64,000 nucleotides of DNA from Basidiobolus meristosporus CBS 931.73 (Eukaryota > Fungi > Basidiobolomycota): assembly GCA_002104905.1 (NCBI GenBank), contig MCFE01000119.1, forward strand, positions 1 through 64,000. The letters are read 5' to 3'. Both the position numbers and the translations under genes were made by a program. Positions 58,638 to 64,000 of this stretch are shown here, piece after piece; position 1 is the first letter of the stretch; each line of letters begins with the position of its first letter. Under the pieces are notes generated by a model. That model worked only from the letters and a program-made list of their open reading frames with translations. It was not told the origin of the DNA and did not search any database.

Positions 58638-60756
58638 TGTTATAAAAATTTGAATTTCCACCTAAATATTCACCTAGCTTAGTCACTTTGATCATTACCT
58701 TCATATCCTAGGGAATACTGACCAAAGTCCTTGTTGGGGTTTACTTGGAATATTTTCACCAAAATACCAGGTACCCAGAACTTGAAAATTCTCAAAGTTG
58801 TCAAAACAGCCCCAAACTTTGCACACATGCTTTTGGGACCTTTCTTAGCCTATTTATGTGCTTGATATGCCAAGACCAGGTAGAAGTATAAATACTACTT
58901 TTACATTCATAAATCATTAAGTGAAAACCACATAATCTACTTGTCCTCCCAATCACTTCCAATATCTCCAAGACTCTTACAACAGGTTATGAGCCCCAAG
59001 CTGTCACTCTCTGCAATGTCTACTACTGCTATAACTGGAATTTTTCCCTCTGCTGAAAAGTTGGATGGAACTAACTACCATGTGTGGAAGGTGAAGATGA
59101 AGATGCTGCTACAAGAAAGAGGCCTTTGGGATATTGTCATGGGAGAAGAATGCCCTCCTAAAAATGTGGGAGAGGAAGCCTTAAAGTACCAGAAGAAAGA
59201 ACAAAGTGCCTTTAACTGCATTTGCCTTAATGTTAAAGACAAGTTGCTAATTCAATGCTCAACAGCAAAAACAGCACAGAATGCCTGGAAGGCATTAGAA
59301 GACACCTACCAGTCATGTGCAGCTGCTAAGAAAATGTATTTGAGACAAAAATTCTTTACTACAAACATGCTGCCAGGTGAAGAAATGAAAAATCTAATTA
59401 ACAGAATTACCCTGCTGGTAGATGAGATGGAATCTGTGGGCGGACCAACTACTGATGAGGATGTGATAGTTACCATCCTGAATAGCCTGACAGACAGGTT
59501 TCAGGGCCTTGTATCAACCCTAGAGTCCAGAACTGAAGATTTGACCTTAAATTACGTATATGGAAGGCTCCTGGATGAAGAATTAAGAAAAACAAGCGCT
59601 GTGGTGGTGTATAGGTCCAAGGGAGAGATACATTCAACACTTCTCTAGTGTTTTGTATGTGGGGTGTTCACTGGGTGTAATAACCTCTGGCAAAAGCTTG
59701 CTAGGAATACTTGGGCTCTATCTCTAATCTAATGTTAAGGGGAATAAAGCCACAAGCTTGTCAAGGGAAAACTATTGAGCTACAATCCCCAACTTAGTTG
59801 GCATCCTAACATAAGTATGTGCTGGGTTCAGCATCTTTTGAGATGACAATGTACTAAAGCTTCCAAAGTCAAAACAACTGAATACTCCACCAGCAGGGAC
59901 TTGTTGAGAATGCAGCTGTGGTCAATAGTTACAAAGACAGAAAAGTATCTTTGCCTATACAAGAACAAACCTGGGAAAGAATCAAATATAATAAAAGATA
60001 CCTACTCTGAGTATTCCTCACAAGTAGTGCCTCTAAGGTTGGTTGGCTGTCAGCATGGTTTCCTGAGAGTGTCCTGTGGTCTGGGGTTGGAAGTTCAGGT
60101 AGCAGCAAGCAGCAGTGATCTCACTAATCAACAAATTGGTATATTGATAAAGGGGATGATGATTTATTGTTGAGGGATAGCCTCCCTTATGTACTTTTCT
60201 TACTGACTAAGTGATTACTAATCATGGTGTTCTAGAAGGTTCTGGACATCAATAGAAATCTTAATGAGATCAGAATGACCTAAGAATGTTCTGAGTGGGT
60301 GCTGGAAGGTTCTAAGAGGCACAGCACATCCAACCAATCAGGAATCAGTATTCTGAAGCCTGTGTAACATAGGGATACCATATATGGTATGGAAATGGTA
60401 GGGATGGTGACACGGGTTGCTCATGTGTCACAGGTGCTGGCACCGGTAGTTGCCTAATATAGAAGCACTTATAGCTAGTAATCTTACATAAAGTGAGGGG
60501 TAACTTATGCAATAAGGTAAGCAGGTGTGATAGTCAACCGGCTTATGGGATAGTACTGATCAGGTAAGACAAATGGGATAAAACTAAAATAAGTGTAGTA
60601 GAGATATAGGGGAGTAGAAAATATGGGAATGGGCACATTTGTTAGTGGGTGTCACTGTCACCCCACTACAGTGCAAATAAGAAGGAAGAAGAAAATGCTT
60701 TAATAATCAATGATAACCAACAAAGGAGGTACCCAAAACCCTACAAAGGCAACAGC
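58638..60756 (+). mobile_element. Copia element 2: 5' LTR 58638-58984, PBS, gag (split by the insert at 59600-60670 and cut at 60756 by element 3)
   Basis: LTR TGTTA...TACAACA, PBS GGTTATGAGCCC, gag KLDGTNYHVWKVKMK...YLRQKFF. Gag resumes at 60671 and matches 61721-61800. Confidence 0.93.
59600..60670. mobile_element. 1071-bp solo-LTR-like insert of a different family with a 4-bp target-site duplication
   Basis: Termini TGTGGTGG...CCACTACA (7/8 inverted match); flanked by GCGC (59596-59599) and GTGC (60671-60674); absent from the sister gag copy; no convincing ORF. Confidence 0.8.
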
Positions 60757-63700
60757 TGTTGTAAGAACTTGTAATTCCACCTAAATATTCACCTAACTTA
60801 GTCACTTAGATCATCACCTTCAAATCCTAGAGAATACTGACCAAATTCCTTGTTGGGATTTACTTAGAATATTTTCACCAAAATACCAGGTACCCAGAAC
60901 ATGAAAATTCTCAAAGTTGTCCAAACAGCCCCAAACTTTGCACACATGTTCTTGGGACCTTCCTTAACCTATTCTACGTGTTTGTAATGCCAAGACCAGG
61001 TAAAAGTATCAATACTACTTTTACATTCAATAAATCATTAAGTGAAAACCACATAATCTACTTGTCCTCCCAATCACTTCCAATATCTCCAAAACTCTTA
61101 CAACAGGTTATGAGCCCCAAGCTGTCACTCTCTGCAATGTCTACTACTGCTATAACTGGAATTTTTCCCTCTGCTGAAAAGTTGGATGGAACTAACTACC
61201 AAGTGTGCAAGGTGAAGATGAAGATGCTGCTACAAGAAAGAGGCCTTTGGGATATTGTCATGGGAGAAGAATGCCCTCCTAAAAATGTGGGAGAGGAAGC
61301 CTTAAAGTACCAGAAGAAAGAACAAAGTGCCTTTAACTGCATTTGCCTTAATGTTAAAGACAAGTTGCTAATTCAATGCTCAACAGCAAAAACAGCACAG
61401 AATGCCTGGAAGGCATTAGAAGACACCTACCAGTCATGTGCAGCTGCTAAGAAAATGTATTTGAGACAAAAATTCTTTACTACAAACATGCTGCCAGGTG
61501 AAGAAATGAAAAATCTAATTAACAGAATTACCCTGCTGGTAGATGAGATGGAATCTGTGGGCGGACCAACTACTGATGAGGATGTGATAGTTACCATCCT
61601 GAATTGCCTGACAGACAGGTTTCAGGGCCTTGTATCAGACCTAGAGTCCAGAACTGAAGATTTGACCTTAAATTACGTATATGGAAGGCTCCTGGATGAA
61701 GAATTAAGAAAAACAAGCACCAATAAGAAGGAAGAAGAAAATGCTTTAATAAGCAATGATAACCAACAAAGGAGGTACCCAAGACCCTACAAAGGCAACA
61801 GTGACCTGTTTTGTAACTACTGCAAAAGGAAAGGACTCACATCAGACCAGTTTCTCAAAAAGAAAGATAATCAGCAAAAGAAACCTGAATATGGAAATGC
61901 TGCAACAACTGAAGATAGACTATTCATATCTGCACTAAATATGAGCACAAACAAGGATTCTCAGACGTGGTATATTGACTCTGGAGCTTCTCAACACTTT
62001 ACACACCAAATAGAACTTTTTAACCAATATCAAGAAATTCCAATTAAGAAGGTTTTCATGGGTGATGATAGAACACTTGATGCAGTGGGAGAAGGAACTA
62101 TCCAAGTAAACCTTAGAAGCAGTGAAGGAAGCCATACACTGACCTCTAAAGAAGTACTCTATGTGCCAGAAATAGCCAAGAACCTACTCTCTGTAAGCAA
62201 GGCCACAGCCGAAGGACTCAGTTTCAGTTTTGACAATTCTGGATGCAGGATCACTGATCAAAATAGTGCCCATATTGCTTTGGGCATCAGAGATCAGAAT
62301 CTATACAAGTTGACTTATATTCCATCATATTTGGAAGCCAATATAAGTAACTTAAATGAAGAAACACCAATGCTTTGGCACAGGAGATTTGGACACATCA
62401 ATTTTGATTATTTGCGTAAAATGATCAAAGATCAGCTAATTTCTGGAGTGAAAATTGATCCCCCAGCTAATTTCAAGCACTGTGATGCCTGCATATATGG
62501 GAAACAAGCCAGACAACTGCTCAAGAGCTCTGGGTTAATCAAAACTAAGAAAAAATTAGATCTAATTCACTCAGATCTGTGTGGACCTATGCAAAATGTA
62601 TCCTTAGGCGGGATGAAGCATTTAATCACTTTTATTGATGATTATACAAGATACACATGGGTCTACTTCATGGAGAAAAAGGAAGAAGCTCTGTCTAAGC
62701 TCAGGGAGTTTAAAGCCATGGTGGAGAGAGAAACTGGTGAAAAAATCAAGAAAATATGCTCTGACAATGGTGGAGAATATACCTCAAAACTCTTCATCCA
62801 CTTCTGCAAAATTCATGGGATAAAGCAAGAGACTACTGTACCATACTCCCCACAGCAAAATAGAGTAGCAGCACAAGCTAACAGATCAATAACTGATTTT
62901 GCAAGATCTATGATCCATGATCAAAAATTATCCTATGATTTTTGGGCGGAATCAGTTGCCACTGCTGTATATCGTAAAAATAGGAGTTATAACAGAATAC
63001 TTCGTGATTCTACTCCATTTGAAGCATGGTATGGATACAGACCAAGTGCAGAACATCTAAGAATATTTGGGTGCACAGCATATGCCAAAAAACTGGCCGG
63101 AAATCAGTCAAAATTTGAGCCAAAAAGTGTAAAATGCATATTTTTGGGCTACTGCAATGAGAGTAAGGCATACAGACTCTACAATACCAAAGCAAGAAGC
63201 TGATCAAGTCTAGGGATGTATTGTTTGATGAAAATTCAAAATTTTCACAAAAAATGACATCAGATGATGACAAAAATTTGATCTCAAGTCTACCAATTGT
63301 CAGGATTGAATCAGAGCAAAACAATGAAAATTTTTTCACTCCAGAGGACTCTACAACCATGATTCAGCCAGAATCAGTGCCCAGGATTATCCCAGAAGTG
63401 ATCATTCCAGTATCAAATGCCCAGAGATCCAATTGGACAAGAAATAGCCTAAATTACTATATCAATGAGGGTACAAACTTAGCCTATGCCTATTCAGTCC
63501 ATATTGATGAGCCCCAGACTGTAAAAGAGGCACTAAATAGCCCTCAGATGAAGTTTTGGAGATCTGCAATGACTGAGGAATATCAGGCCCTAATGGAAAA
63601 TCAAACTTGGGACTTAGTCAAATTACCAATAAACCAAAAATCAATTGGATGCAGATGGGTCTTCAGGACAAAATACAAGGCTGATGGCACAATTGAAAGA

Positions 63701-64000
63701 TACAAAGCAAGACTTGTAGCCAAAGTATACTCTCAAACAAAAGGACTAGACTATATTTAGACCTTTGCACTGGTAGCCAAGTTTAATTCCATCAGAGTAA
63801 TATTGGCTATTGCAGCCAAATATAAGTTTTTTATTCATCAAATGGATGTAAAAACTGCATTTCTGAATGGAGAACTTGATGAGGACGTGTATATGGACCA
63901 GCCTGATGGGTTTGCTGACCAAGATAACCCCCATTTGGTCTGCAAGCTTAAAAAGTCACTATATGGTCTCAAACAATCACCAAGAGCTTGGAATTGCAAG
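60757..64000 (+). mobile_element. Copia element 3 (youngest): 5' LTR 60757-61105, PBS 61106-61117, gag-PR-IN-RT running off the window
   Basis: Domain order gag, protease (WYIDSGAS), integrase (HRRFGH, CDAC, IHSDLCGP, SDNGGEY), then RT (IGCRWVFRTK, QMDVKTAFLNG) defines Ty1/copia. Confidence 0.96.
61110..63760 (+). pseudogene. Disrupted gag-pol of element 3
   Basis: 1-nt deletion near 63196 leading to TGA at 63201-63203; TAG at 63758-63760; degenerate zinc knuckle; integrase Glu motif altered (QQNRVAAQANR). Confidence 0.85.

Noticed and set aside
63190-63225. Programmed frameshift between integrase and RT
   Set aside because: The sister copy B has one extra base at this point (GCAATGATGCTG versus GCAAGAAGCTG), so this is a 1-nt deletion. 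Copia pol is normally a single frame.
1-64000. tRNA, rRNA or snRNA genes
   Set aside because: No T-loop/cloverleaf or rRNA/snRNA signature recognised by eye; a covariance-model scan (tRNAscan-SE, Infernal) would be needed to exclude them.

Overview
Eukaryotic (fungal) genomic DNA. Short 50-80 nt GT-AG introns plus velvet and KCH genes show it is fungal. The mix of these with RED/IK and a group II-like NDK suggests an early-diverging, zygomycete-grade lineage (inference only). Bases 1-52,000 are gene-dense, with about 27 protein genes: orphan 7TM protein, ADP/ATP carrier, TIM17, SUA5, SEM1, PEX6, NDK, acetyl-CoA synthetase, a SAM methyltransferase, HAP2/NF-YA, a POP3/RPP38-like protein, two KCH K+ transporter paralogues, a velvet protein, RRS1, RED/IK, a GPI-type protein, TAPT1/EMP65, VMA21, a bHLH factor, stomatin, vigilin/SCP160, a homeobox factor and an intronless bacterial-like SDR. 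From about 52,900 to the window end the sequence is a CpG-depleted pile of Ty1/copia elements of one family nested in each other (five LTR copies), plus a solo-LTR-like insert of a different family. I found no CRISPR array, rRNA or tRNA. The most notable unexplained signals are: (i) competing long RNA pairings at 13,404-13,571 that fit intron-like segments around a 48-nt candidate exon; (ii) a 68-aa ORF that is almost only a PP1-docking module; (iii) a mosaic repeat between velvet and KCH; (iv) the KCH pair differing in N-terminal acylation signals; (v) the SDR with an operator-like inverted repeat around its TATA box; (vi) the self-nested copia cluster. All splice models and counts were made by hand and were not checked against transcripts or databases.
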